From the NCBI RefSeq assembly GCF_003918875.1, contig NW_025767301.1, positions 2,976,001 to 3,040,000 on the forward strand: a DNA stretch of 64,000 nt. Direction: 5' to 3'. This DNA is from Haliotis rubra. Its lineage: Eukaryota. A model generated the notes under the pieces. It was not told the DNA's origin. It was given only the letters and a program-made list of their open reading frames with translations, and did no database searches. Of the stretch, positions 49,647 through 63,506 are shown one piece after another. The position numbers and the translations under genes are program-made. The number at the start of each line of letters is the position of its first letter. Position 1 is the first letter of the stretch.

Positions 49647-50668
49647 GATCTGCTGAGGTGTGATGTCTGTACAACATGATCTGTTGAGGTGTGATGTCGG
49701 TACAATATGATCTGTTGAGGTATGATGTCGGTACAATATGATTTGTTGAGGTGTGATGTCGGTACAATATGATCTGTTGGGATTTGATGTCGGTACAATA
49801 TGATCTGTTGAGGTGTGATGTCTGTACAATATGATGATCTGTTGAGGTGTGATGTGAGGTGTGATGTCGGTACAATATGATCTGTTGAGGTGTGATGTCT
49901 GTACAATGTGATCTGTTGAGGTGTGATGTCGGTACAATATGATCTGTTGAGGTGTGATGTCTGTACAATATGATCTGTTGAGGTGTGATGTCTGTACAAT
50001 ATGATCTGTTGAGGTGTGATGTCGGTACAATATGATCTGTTGAGGTGTGATGTCGGTACAATATGATCTGTTGAGGTGTGATGTCTGTACAATATGATCT
50101 GTTGAGGTGTGATGTCGGTACAATATGATCTGTTGAGGTGTGATGTCTGTACAATATGATCTGTTGAGGTGTGATGTCGGTACAATATGATCTGTTGAGG
50201 TGTGATGTCTGTACAATATGATCTGTTGAGGTGGGATGTCGGTACAATATGATCTGTTGAGGTGTGATGTCGGTACAATATGATCTGTTGAGGTGTGATG
50301 TCTGTACAATATGATCTGTTGAGGTGTGATGTCGGTACAATATGATCTGTTGAGGTGTGATGTCGGTACAATATGATCTGTTGAGGTGTGATGTCGGTAC
50401 AATATGATCTGTTGAGGTGTGATGTCGGTACAATATGATCTGTTGAGGTGTGATGTCGGTACAATATGATCTGTTGAGGTGTGATGTCTGTACAATATGA
50501 TCTGTTGAGGTGTGATGTCCGTACAATGTGATCTGTTGAGGTGTGATGTCGGTACAATATGATCTGTTGAGGTGTGATGTCTGTATATTTAAAACATAAC
50601 GGATAGATAATAGGCAAATATGATCTGTTGAGGTGTGATGTCTGTACAATGTGATCTGTTGAGGTGAT
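49647..50668. repeat. 31-bp minisatellite, ~31 copies, GATCTGTTGAGGTGTGATGTC[G/T]GTACAATAT
   Basis: Highly homogeneous array read directly, with a short interruption at ~50585-50617. Confidence 0.97.
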
Positions 50669-51775
50669 CATGCAAAATGAAGTCTCATTTTATGTGTACT
50701 GTCGAGAAGCAATCAAGTCAATATAAGAGACTCTTTTTCCTAGTCGAGGTAATAATAACAATCAAAACAAAGTTTGTACCCTTTGGGAGAATGTACCAAA
50801 CAATAAGATCCATATTGTCACTTTTCCCTATGATATCAAGTCAGGTATTACAACACACGCACAATCAGAACAACGTCACATGTCAGATGATCCAACAGAA
50901 CACAACTATTTCAGGTAATGATCTGAAAATGTGTCATGGTTATTGTCTACAAAGACACCTATATTTTCCTCAGAGAGAACATAAACTTTTAAAAAACACA
51001 AATGTTATAAAATTACACACATTGTATAATACGTTGAATACTTCCTCAAGCAAACGACAGCCTTTCTTTAGTGTTACTTTTTCTGTAATGACGTCATCAT
51101 TCATGTTTTTCCAACTTTGATAACAAAGTGTCAGGTATCAGCTCATAACGCCAACAAGAGTACAGCTGACTACCGTAAATTGCACATTCATGAAGATAAA
51201 AGCAAGATTACAACAACTCATGAATAAGCAGCAAGATTCTGGATCTGTTGACAACCTTCCTAATGGTTATTAACAAAACACAAGATACCAGGTTCTTTGA
51301 TCTGTTTATATCTTTACTGATGGTCGTTAACACAACGTGACACTTGAGAAAGAGAATTAAACCGCGTGTGATTGTTTTTTGAATCCATGTTCTTGGTCAA
51401 CTTATGTTCATTTCATGCCTTCTTTGAACATACAAGGAACATGATTCTGCTCAAATTGGCAATGACATGCAAAGTGTTTTGTTTGTCTTTGATAATCATT
51501 GCTCCTGACTTCGCCATGACGCTAACGTGGTTAGTGGAACAAGGGAATTGAGATTTAGGAAGCAAAGGAAAATTGGTCCCCAGTTAGAAAGCAAAACTTA
51601 AACGCATTGGTAATAAACACACGCGGCTGTCATTTCCCTTGCGATTTCCTCGGTTAGGTTACTGGCCAACAGCAAAATGCGCTTCAACTATCGCTGTGTT
51701 GAGCAGTATGGCAGCAGTATCGCGGAAGTCTATAAATAGACCTCTCTTCGCCAAGCATAGGTTACAAGGGTCCAG

Positions 51776-51883
51776 AACCCCTTTCTACAAAGTGATATCA
51801 GCGCTAAGCTGGTCGTAATCCCATATGTTAACATAGTCTTACAACAGTCGTGGCTCTGTCATGGGTTTCTTGAATGTGGCCCT
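51776..51883. mobile_element. Degenerate short MITE related in its ends to the 31993 element
   Basis: cccctttctacaaag...tcttgaatgtggccc. Confidence 0.4.
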
Positions 51884-54124
51884 GTTCTACCCCATGAATC
51901 CTATAAAGAATGAACCAGAGATCATCTGTTTAAGTTTCGACGTAATTTTGTTATGTTATTTTTATGCTTTTAGGTAGTTATTGTATTTTGGACAACGTTT
52001 AGCGTGCACCTAAAACAGTATTTTGTAATGCCGAGCAGAAATAAGAGTAATCAGAGGTTTAAGACATTGGTAAGTACTATGTTATGACAAATCCTGCAAT
52101 CTCCCCTGATTTTGGCTAGCTCTAATTATTTCAGCAGAACCATAGTTTCAAAGATTCTCACAACAGCAAGGTATGTTGAAGTGTGAATTCTGAAGAAAAT
52201 CGGACATTCTGTCACACCAGTGGCAGTACAGACAAAACGACTAGAAAACGATCGCTGAGTAGATATAACTGTAGAATGAAATTTATATCTACTTCGCTGT
52301 ACATGGAGTCTGACTTACGGACACTTTATGCAATGCTGTACAGAACGAAAAAATGCATGTACAGGTACTACTCCCCTGTTAAATATACACATTACCAGAT
52401 AACTTCTTTGAGAGGCATTTAGAAGTTGGAGCAGTAAGGAAGGATAACAATATATGGATGAACAACTTCTTTATTGCTGTGAGAGCGACATTTCGGTGTG
52501 GGTTCTAACATCGTCATCAAGCAGTAAAGCAGTTGTTCATCCATATATTGTCATCCTTCCTTACATTACCAGATATTCGTTACATCTGACTAAAACACTA
52601 ATAAAACATATTAGTACACATAAATCTTTACATCTTATTCGTGATATGTTTGTGACTGGAAGCGGCTGGATGAGGGCCCTTTTGATCTCTAAAATTATCC
52701 GGTATATATTATTGTTGCCTAAATCTAGGGAAATACAGCTGTAAAGATGATCAGAGATGTTCATTTGTGTGACACCTGATCTTTCTTCCACTTGCAAGTT
52801 TTGGTCTTTTGTGATTGTCAAATAACTAAACATAGCCAAAATGAGTGAAAATACATTTTTAGACCTTCCAATATGTCAGTATGAATAGGGCCATGGCTCA
52901 AGATTAAGTCTTTCAATATGTACCATATATATTTTAACTTTATTGAAGATCATCCGTAAATGATACTCTGAGTCAAACATTTGATCAGGTTTAAATATTA
53001 GATATACATTTCACAAAAATCATATCATAATGATGTTTCATAGTAGTATTTGCATTTCTCAAAGTATTTTTTCAAAACCTTAAGTTATTCAGATTACGTA
53101 ATCCCTTATCCCATCTTGTCCTTTGCAGACATGAGATTAGCTTGCAACAGGTCATCATTTGTCTATTAGCCTCTTCCAAGAATGACTCATAGTAATCTGG
53201 CTCTCTCAAGGTAGTGACACATGCGATGTAATATGTTAGTTTTGCCATAATGAACATAATATCATTTGGTGCTATATGTAGCTACGGGGATGAATAATCT
53301 CTTGTCTGTAATGTCATCTTGTAAATTCTATTACAGCTATATATAGTATATATTGTTTGAGCGGCACGAATGTTACAGCAACCTCTTTATACGCTATCCA
53401 ATATGAACTTAATAACGTGTGTACGCTTGCTCGTCTTCAGATTTTATTTTTGGTGTAAATTAAAATGTTTGGGCCCTTTTTTTGTTTTTTTGTGTGAAAT
53501 ATTTTATTCATTTCAGCCACTTTACAATATTGCACAGGTTCCACAATAATTCATGACAGTAGGGGTAGATCATTTTTCCACAATAGGCATAGTAGTTTAT
53601 TGCAACAGTTCTTTCGCCCATTTACCTTTAAATTTTTGAATACTGTTGGTGTATTTGGAGATATATTCTTCAATAGATATATAGTGTTCTTGGGAATTTT
53701 CGCAAAACTTTCAATGTTCAATACATTGCTTTTAGTTGGTGATCATGTTTTATATTTCACGGAAATTGACACATAACTGTAGCATTGGGTGTCCATCAAT
53801 TTTAAAATTGGATACTGAATGAAATCTTTTAACTGTATTTGTTTTTATATTAAGTTGTATTTCATGGCTCTCTATATTCTAATCAAACACCGTTCCCCCA
53901 TACTTTAATCATGTTCAGTACTTCCATTTTTTATCGTTGCTTTCCATTTTCATTACGAAATATCAACAAGGGACCGACTTCCTGAAAGTACAGGTAAAAC
54001 AAAAACAATAGTTTTTGACATATTGTCCTGGGAATTGGTTGTCAAATTGTTCGGTTCCTTCTCGCTGAGGAATGTTGAATGTCTTCACGCAGTGACTGAA
54101 AAATGTCAAAAGCTGCACTAAGTA

Positions 54125-54810
54125 CCCCTGCACAATATCCGCGTTTAGGACCAAGTATTGGAGGCCATCTGCCCATGCATAATATCCAAAGCTGATACTA
54201 AGTATATAAGATCCACTGCTCATGCATAATATCCAAATTTGGAACCAAGTATATGGGAACCATTAAGCAAATTTAGTACGAGGTACATGATACCCGCTGA
54301 GCACAATACCCATATTTGGTACCAAGTATATAAGACCCACTGCCCATGCACGATATCCAAATCTTGTACCAAGTATATGAGACCCATTGAGCACAATATC
54401 CAAATTTAGTACGAGGTACATAATACCCATTGGGCACAATATCCAAATTAAGTTCCAAGTTCATGAGACCCACTGCCCATACACAATATCCAAATTTAGT
54501 ATCAAGTATCTGAGCCGTACTACCCATACACAATAGTACGAGGTAAATAATACCCACTGGGCACAATATCCAAATTTAGTACCAAGTATATGAGGACAAC
54601 TGCCTACGCATAATATTCAAAGTTAGTACTATGTATAAAAGATAAACTGCCCATACACAATATCCAAATTTAGTATTAAGTATATGAGATCCATTGAGCA
54701 CAATATCCGCATTTAGTACCAAGTATATGAGACGTACTACCGGTACTCCATATCCAAATTAAGTACATACTGTTACCTGAGGCCAATTTCCCATGCACAA
54801 TATTCTTATT
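54125..54810. repeat. Old degenerate minisatellite, ~42-47 bp unit (cacaatatccaaatttagtaccaagtatatgagaccca)
   Basis: About 15 recurrences of aatatccaaatt(t)ag/ggtac. Confidence 0.85.
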
Positions 54811-55009
54811 CAGTTCCATCGTGTGCCGAGTGCTGAGTGTGTAAGACCCAATTTAAATGTACACTACTTATTAAGCAACAGGTGTATGCTATAAGATATG
54901 ATACACAATACCCGTACATACTGTATCAACAGTATGGCAATCACATCATTTGCACAGTGTCTAAATTAAGTATTTGAGTACTGATGTACATAATATCCTT
55001 GTTCAGTTA

Positions 55010-55160
55010 ATCGTTTAATGTCGCACTGGCCAATATTGCATCTGTATACAGACAGCATCTTATAAATGATCAAGTCTGGATCAGACAGGACATGACTGAC
55101 ATCAAGATCATCGATCCACACAGTTGATAAACCACGACATGCATTCATCCGAGTCGCCGA
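55010..55160 (-). mobile_element. Degenerate family B fragment
   Basis: tttaatgtcgcact...aatattgca...gatcaagtctggatcagaca...tcatcgatccacacagttg. Confidence 0.55.
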
Positions 55161-58100
55161 TCGAATTCGTACACATAAAACCTACATTACATGAACTATA
55201 CTTGTTATCAAAACGATAATCAAATGGAAATATATTTTTAAAAATCAACGTCAGAGCATTACCACCGATTATCTACCGAAATAGATTTCATTTGGCATAA
55301 AACAAACCGGTGTTTACAATTTTGTAATGAAATATGCTATTAGAGGCATTATAGGGTTAAATATCGATGGAAATGTCATCAAATAATCGTGTTCATGACT
55401 TTAATTAGTGTAATAGCGTAATTAATCATCTTAAGCTAAAGTTCTACTTTGTTTGAAAAGCAGGAGGTCTGTCTATCTAATTTATTTGTCATCAAGTGAC
55501 AGCCCCTTCTAAAGATGCTGTCACTTCTGAAGATGTTTATCTATTGTGTTCACCCAACAGGTTCTTTGTGGTCAAATAGACATCGATTATGTGCCAGTCA
55601 AACTGCGTATTTAATTATTAATCAAATAGCAATACTGACCTTTTACGGAACACGTCTAATGTTTAATGCGCTGATCGCCTTGAAGTCCAAACAAATCGTT
55701 CACCTCCCTCAGACACAATTTCCCCGATACATCTCGAACTTTTTAACATGTCTGCAGCGAGATCCATTTGATACGGGAATCAAATCCTAAACTTAAAATT
55801 GTATTTCCATTCAGCATGAGAAGATATCAAACGATAACAAAATTAAGAAAGTCGATAAATTCACGAAACTCCAAACACGGTTATTGGTTAAAAATAGAAA
55901 CATTCGATTAAAACTCGTACGGGAAGAGATCGACCCCAGTGCTGGCAAATTTGCATGGGCAGGATAGCATAACGTTCACTATCCATCAAGCCAATTTCTG
56001 TGAGAAAATATATTAAATCTTTCCATTCAACCCTCCTTCCCTTCATCGACGTAACTTTCTAATCCTTATCGTTCCTATCGTCAATTTGCGTTTTATTAGA
56101 CCAACGGTTCCGAAAAGGTTTCAGATAACTAGGTTTCCATGGGTGTAGATATTCCTCCAGAGTAACTGACTCAAGGATACAGCCTAGATGACTAAACAGT
56201 GGCCCAATTCTTTGTAGACTAATTGTCCTTTGAACATCACATGGACCTTTGCACACATTCGTTAACCTTTGCCTCCCTTGTAGTTTGTGAACTACATCAG
56301 CCACGATCCACCATTAGCTTAAGGTGTTGCCCACAAGGGTTGTCTTCGGGTTAGCCTTAAGAAGACTCTCATGTAGGCCGCTGTCTCTCACGTCGCTAAC
56401 GCCCACGTCTCAACGGTTATACATCTGGTAGTTTAGGAATCTGTCATTTCCATGTTCACCAGCTACTTTGCATGTTCAGTTACTTAGTAAATCACTGGAA
56501 TCTTCCAAACCCGGTGTCGGACAATCCGGATACTGTGGATCAGGACAAACTTTACCACTCCAAATCTATTACGCTAAGGCATTGTGTAGTAACATGTAAC
56601 TGCGTTATATTGTACCATTCCGGATAGCTGAGTGAGCGCACTGCCCAGGTTCACTGTAATAAAATACACATAATTTTGCTTAAAGATAAAAACACTGAAC
56701 ATTCCAGCAGACTCAGCCAGATTCATTTCATGCTTTCAGAGCAGCAATACTTTGTCATTTTTCTGAAATAACGGAAAGGTTATGCATGTCAAGTTAAATT
56801 ATCTCGCTACTGGAAAAATATATAGACAAGCTCTTTTCCATTAACTGTTTAACTAAAAAAAAATATAACTAAAAACTAACATTTCCAGCAAGTATTCTGA
56901 AACCAAGACATCATGCATGCAGATTACTTTTACACGACAATTAGTCCAGTGTTTTACAGAAACTCGGTGACTACTTCAGTAAAATCTTCCAGATTATAAA
57001 ATTCTTTAAACAGACACAAAGTAGTCCTGACATTTGGTCGTGTATGCTCGAGAAAGACGTTACCGGAAGCAGGGGTTTTCAAGCAGAGCGAACCTTGTTG
57101 AAGCATTTGTCTTGCAGTATATTTAAAGTTAAAACAATATAAACTGATTTATATTCATTTATGATGCAACTTATTAATCAACTTTAAGTAAATAATTAAC
57201 CTTATAGACAAAGTCATGTAAATACCACACTAATTGATTTATTGTTTACAACATTTTATAAACATGCGTGACATTTTTACGTTTTCAAAACCTGCAATGA
57301 AATATTAGCAATACTTACATCAATGCAGTGAAATGGTGTCACTCAGGCATCTTAATAATAACTAATAATTTGACTTGATCGAGAAAAACAAAAAAGTCGG
57401 ACACTGTAAGGAAATCACGATTTTATACAGTAAAAAGTAGTTCATATGATTTACCAAAGCTGCTCGAATTCTGAGAATGATCCGTCGAAATTCTTGCGTG
57501 GCCACAAAGCCTTTGATAAAAAGTGTCGCATCCTCTCGTACCACTTATGCTCCGGAGCCTGATGGTACTGGTGGGCGAACAACGTGACTTTCAGAGCACA
57601 GGGATAAACTGATGGCGTTATAGACGCGACCGCAGTAACGCACAGTAAGATAAATGTAAACAGTTTCGAAATCAGATTTTCAGCTGACACTTATCTTTTC
57701 AATAAACATGCATGTGTTCTTCAAAGAATATTCTCGCTTTTAGTAGTTGGCTAATGCTACTGGATATGGTGAACCATGGAACTGGAACGTACTGTACAAA
57801 TTATTTAATACGTAAACAGCCACTCAAGATCAAAACGTAATTAACAAATTATATTCTGTCGCGAAGGATAAGGTTTACAATCATAAAAGTCAATCACTTA
57901 AGCGGCCTGTCCGCACTGCCTAAGTTGATAAGTCGCTGGTCAAGTATGAAGGAGACTTCGAATCGCCCTCGTTTAGTTCTTCTACAGCGACAGCCAGCAT
58001 TCTAAAAACGTCTCAAATCGTGGGTGTAGTCCATTGCAATGTATATGTACACAAGCTCCTCAAAGCGGAAGTACTCCTTACTGGAAGGGTAAAGATGTTG

Positions 58101-58948
58101 TAAAGCGCTCAGACAGAGTTTGAACTAATCAAAAACCAAGGGAGGTCACTCTGTTTTACTCGCTGCCGTGAAGATGACACTTTAAAATATTAGCCACTAA
58201 TACTCAAAGAATCTACAGTTTTACCAAATATTTCATTATATCATGTTATCTTCTTAACTTGTTTCTTTTCATTTAAATATTGCTTCAGTTATGTGTCAAA
58301 ATATTTCAAATTTTCTTGTTTGAAACAAATCAAGAGGAACGTTCCTGGTACAAATAACAATTATATAGTATTACATATTCTGAACTGTCTTATATGCAAA
58401 ATCGTGTTTGTCACTGTCTTTTAAACTCAGTTTTTGTTTGGGACTAACTCTTTTCTAGTAGGCGTTGTGACACCTTCTTACAATACGTCGAGAATGCCTT
58501 CATGTCTTAGTTCATGGATTTTGTTTGTCTCCGGCCCACTGTGTATTGATCTGGACATTCAAATACACGTTATGCTGTTGGGATTCCAGTTCAGTGCAGC
58601 CCCCATCAAGCTCTGCCTGTCATACAAGGCGACTAACGATCGGGTAGTTGGTTGTGAAATCAAAAACTTGTTTGAACTGGTGCAAACTAGGCTATATATA
58701 GGCCGCCTTCATATAGACGGAACAATAAACAACAAAGCAAAACAATTCATGAGCTTTTTACAGATTGGGAAGGACTTTCGTCCTCCATAAAACTCGTATC
58801 TTACATAACCACCTCCAACATGGCCATGTGATGTATCTCTTTAACAAAGCTAATGAGCGCCATTTCATTTATTTGAACACCCATTTACGGTTAAATGTCC
58901 CCAATAATCATTAAACACTTTCTTTCCCTCATCACTTCATCAGAAATA

Positions 58949-59110
58949 GGGGCGGTGGGGTAGCCTAGCGATTAAAGCGTTGGCTCGTCACGCCGAAGAC
59001 CCGGGTTCGAATCCCCACATGGGTACAATGTGTGAAGCCCATTTCTGGTGTCCCCCGCCGTGATGTTGCTGGAATATTGCTAAAAGCGGCGTAAAACCAA
59101 ACTCAGTCAG
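58949..59110 (+). mobile_element. Intact SINE family C
   Basis: ggggcggtggggtagcctag...ggttcgaatcccc...gcggcgtaaaaccaaactcagtcag, with a 13-bp TSD tcatcagaaatag. Confidence 0.95.
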
Positions 59111-59284
59111 TCATCAGAAATAGAAACTGGTTAGTATTTATAACATAATTAGTTTAAGGATCTTTGAAATTATATACGCCCATTTAATGATGATTGTACA
59201 CTGGTCCACACAAATAAGTAACTGATCAAGTACGCATCAGTTCCTGTATTTAGCACTTCACTTGCCTCTTCATGTGTTTGTGAC

Positions 59285-59785
59285 CAGTGAGTGGATACCA
59301 TTACTTACAGCATGGGCTGATGTGTAATTACTCTTCAGCATGTACAACGTATGATCTTTGTGTAGTAATTTATGATTGTACCTACTCACGGCTGGGAAAA
59401 GACATACATAAGCTGCATTACAGAATTAATCTTTGTCTTGTAAAGCTTGCATTGCTACCTTGAAAGATATGGTGCCAGAATGGAAAAAAACCAATCTAAC
59501 GAATCTATGAGCCAACGGCTACCATTACTGACAGCATGGACTGACGTGTCGTGACTTATCAACATGTACGATCCTGTATGATGTATGATTTCTGTGGAGC
59601 AATGTATGAATGTTCCTACTTCAATGCTACCTTGAAAGATATGTTTCCATAATGAAAGACCAACCAAATGAATTTATGAGCCAATGGCTGCTATTACTTA
59701 CAGCATCCTCTATTGTGCCATAACTTATCAGCGTATACAATCCTGTATGATCTTTGTTTAATATGAATGTACCTACTCATGTGAA
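59285..59785. repeat. Degenerate ~171-bp tandem triplication
   Basis: tgctaccttgaaagatatg occurs at ~59453 and ~59625. attact(t)acagcat...gtatgat...cctact occurs three times. Confidence 0.75.
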
Positions 59786-61389
59786 TAAAAGTAGTGGAAA
59801 AATATAACACATGCTCATAATATCGAAATGGAACAGCCGACACTGCTTTCAGCGGAGATTACCTTTAAATTTGGGATGGGTTTTGCCTGTTTTACTTACA
59901 TTGAAGTAAGAATCAGCTAATGATAATGGATGCACTTCCAGTCCCCAGTCTGACAGTCTATCACTGACGTGTCGGTCCACTGATACGACAGGTGGCGTTC
60001 ACTAGTCTACTCTGGCAGGTTTAGAATATCGGAGAGTGCTGATGACGCCCTAAACATGCATCATCTAGTGTCTGAGTCGCCACGATAAATGAGCCTGCTG
60101 ACACTTCTAGTGACAGACAAATACGTCTCGTCCATAGCCTGACATGTCTTGATGGGAAATGCATTGACAGTGGTGGTCTTTGCGAAAAACATCAGTTCCT
60201 GTAATAGGTCGGGAATCCTTGACACTGGTATAAGGCGAAAAACACGACCTGTTAAAGTATAATGTTTGATAAATAAGAAACCGTTGTCAGATGACAATCA
60301 CTGTTACGTCCATATCTATGTAACCTCCTGCTAATTTGTCCTGTGATCATGTTTGACAGACATATCATACATTTAGCAACCAAGACACGTAACGACCCGT
60401 GATATTGATCGGCTTGTAGGCCTTTTCGTTGGCAGTTGGTATTATTTGTGCAGATGTGCCACAAACAAATAATGCACCTGACATTTAACCTGAAGATTGG
60501 GCAATGTTTGAGAAGACAGTTAGTAATAACCTTGCATTACTGTCATGAAAACGCGTGAAGACCTTTTGTTGTGACAGACACTTTTTTCTTTACATGCATA
60601 TTTATCTGAAATTATTCCAGGTCATGCCAGGCCCAGATGTTGAGGACGTCGGTTCACCGTTGTCATGTGTCAAGTTGAAACGTGAAGACTAACCCTTGAA
60701 TCTGTATGTACGGAACTAAATGATCAATAATAATGAATTACAAAAATATTGAACTACACGTGATTTGGTTCACAGTAGGAAAGGCAATACAATGGGACAA
60801 TATTACACAGCAACCCTAAACTGACTCTCGAATGTCCAGAATTTGTCAGTCGAATGCCTTGCAACAGACACGCACTACGTTTTTGGAACCACAGAAACAG
60901 TGTTGGCGACAAGTGTTTTCCGAAAGGTATCCCTCCCGCACTGGACAGATCTTTGGACAGTATTAAATGGCTCTCGCCTCGCTCTTATGCTGTACCCCAG
61001 TTGATAATAATGTGAGTATATTTACATGTGTGAGTAAAATTACTCCTTACGGATCATGTGAATACATTTACTGACATTGCGATAGCGATAGTCCAATGCC
61101 ACCAACTACTGTAATACTAATGCAATAGTTTTTCTCTCCTTGAATTGTCTCATTTGAAGACATTTCCCAAATGAATGTATAGTTTATATGAAAGAAAAAC
61201 AAGTTGAAGTAGTTTCAGTCTCTTCTAAAACTGACTAGAAACTTGAAACCCTGATCAAGTAAACAGTTGAAACATAAACTCAATGAAGCTGCAAGCCTGC
61301 AGGGGCGGATAACTCTAAATCAACGTGAACGAATCTGGTACTTCCTGTATTTGCGCTGCGCATTTATCAACGGAAGTCAATTACTAAAC

Positions 61390-61515
61390 TATCGATAGTT
61401 ACACATACTATCGATGCATAGATAGTTTTTTTTGTTTCTACCATAGATTTATTGCTATCGGAAACTCAACAATTGCAATCCATCGATAGTTCGATGCATC
61501 GTTACAGCACCAGTA
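61390..61515. mobile_element. hAT-like MITE end fragment
   Basis: Clustered atcgat repeats ending atcgttacagcacca. Confidence 0.4.
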
Positions 61516-62369
61516 ACGAAGATGTCAAGCACAGGAATGGAGCTTGGGCTATAGCCACGAAGCGAGGCCTCCCTTTTAGCTACCTTACGGGCTACCTTGG
61601 TCGAATCACGTAATGGAACCCAAACTGCAACAGCTACCACCATTCAGTAGATCAAACAAAGTGATGTTGCTCGTGAAAGGAGGTCATTAGAACTGCTAGT
61701 CATGTGCCCAAGATACGATTTTTAATTACAGGTAAAAATAGATTTAAATGACGTGAATCAACTTTCCTGTGATTCCCAGCTGACCCGAGTCTAGCCCCCG
61801 TTTATATATTCACAATATGTGTGGACTGGAAAGCAGCGTGAAACTCTAAAACACTAACACGTTATATTGAAAACCAGACAGACGTGGAATGAACTTCTTT
61901 ATAGCGTTCTTTTTATCGTTGTAGTTCCTGCGTGAGAGGGCATCTGATTGTTAACTACATGAGGGAAGTTGATCTGTATCATAAATTGTAACTGTGTAAT
62001 GTGAATAACAAATTGAGTGCTTTTGAATTGAGTGCTATGACAATTCCTGTTTTTAAATGACAGTGAAATGAATATATATGTTTTGGAAATAAAACTCATT
62101 TGGAATTGTACTTGAAATATTTATTAAAGACTTGTTCTCGTCACTAACTGACTTGAAAAATGCCAATGTGACGTAAAGCCCAACTCAACAAATCGTTGTA
62201 GTAGTTATACTGAAGGTACGTGGTGGCACGTGGACCTGTGTTCAGCCCGAAGGTCATCAATCAAGGTGAAGTTGACCAACGTTGATCGCGGGAGTTGAAT
62301 CAGTGATTGTTTTTGGTGGCATGACTTGAGAGTTTCAGCCCTGCCCCTCATTGACGATCACATAGCAAA

Positions 62370-62530
62370 TGTAGGTTCTAGAAAGTTGGCCGAACGGGTA
62401 TCTGTTTACCCAGCAGTCAATGGGTACCAGATAGGATAAGATACTCCTGTGACTGTTAGCCTTCCGGCACCTCAAAGGCAGCTTGCATTGTACTCCAAGG
62501 AAATGAGAAAGAAAACTGAGCGCACACAAC
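62370..62530 (+). mobile_element. Old SINE remnant with a Deu/Nin-domain-like core
   Basis: acccagcagtcaatgggtacc motif. The domain assignment is from recall. Confidence 0.4.
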
Positions 62531-63340
62531 TCCATTGAACTGGGTAATAATGATGCTACCGCTTTAAGCATGCTTCTAAAGGATGGTCTATAGAGCATTA
62601 AAAATATGGATTTTTGTTGTTTCATGTAAATGTTCACGTTGAACAATACTATTTTATAATAGGTTTCTACGTCTTGAATGATGAACGCGACTAAAGACAC
62701 TTCAAAGACATAATTCCTTCACTGACCTTTCCTGAAATCTCCTGTGTGTAGGTCAGAGAATCTGGGAATTAAATTAAAACACTGGAAATGTCAATTAAGG
62801 CGTCAATGTCATACATGAATTGGAAATTACATCTCTTCCCCGTGTAACCGTACTTCAAATGTTGACGTGTCAACGTACATTAATTTAATGACTGGTTGTG
62901 TTTTGTGGTTTTTGCTGCCATCATTGGATAGACTAAAAGCCTGACCTCCATATTATGGCTCGCGGCCTCACGGCATGTACGGACATTTCAAGTAAATTAG
63001 CGTCCGCCGGAAGATGTCCATTTTCAAGACGTTTAATTTCTATCATTTTTTCAAAGCCTTACGTTCTTCAGCAATAATAGTCGTTTCAATTAAGTCAAGG
63101 GATATGTGTCCATTTTCAAGACTTCTTTTATTTTTCATGAATTCTACAAAGCCGTTCAGTTCTTCTGCAATAAGGGCGTTTTTCATTAAGTCAATATGAA
63201 GGATGATTTTGTAAACTCATGGTCTAAGCATTTGCTCCTCATGGAAAAAGTCCGATTTCCCACAATGTGAAACCCCGTTCCGTTGTTCCTCCGGTATCCT
63301 CATACTCGGTGTGAAATAATATAAGAAATAAAATATGTAG

Positions 63341-63506
63341 TGAGTGAATGAGTATGGTTTTACGCCGCTTTTAGCAATATTCCAGCAATGTCATGGCGGG
63401 GAGTTACAGAAATGGGCTTCATACATTGTACACCATGTGGGGAATCGAACCCGGGTCTTCGGCGTGACGAGCGAACGCTTTAACCACTAGACTACGCCAC
63501 CGCCCC
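63341..63506 (-). mobile_element. Intact SINE family C
   Basis: Full consensus match, with a 12-bp TSD taaaa[t/c]atgtag. Confidence 0.95.

Noticed and set aside
49460-50671. 300-403 aa ORFs in three minus-strand frames
   Set aside because: The 31-bp unit happens to lack stops on that strand, so all three frames give the same cyclic peptide.
58949-59020. tRNA genes at A/B-box sequences (also 33367, 39779, 63341)
   Set aside because: There is no complete acceptor stem, and they continue into SINE bodies flanked by TSDs.
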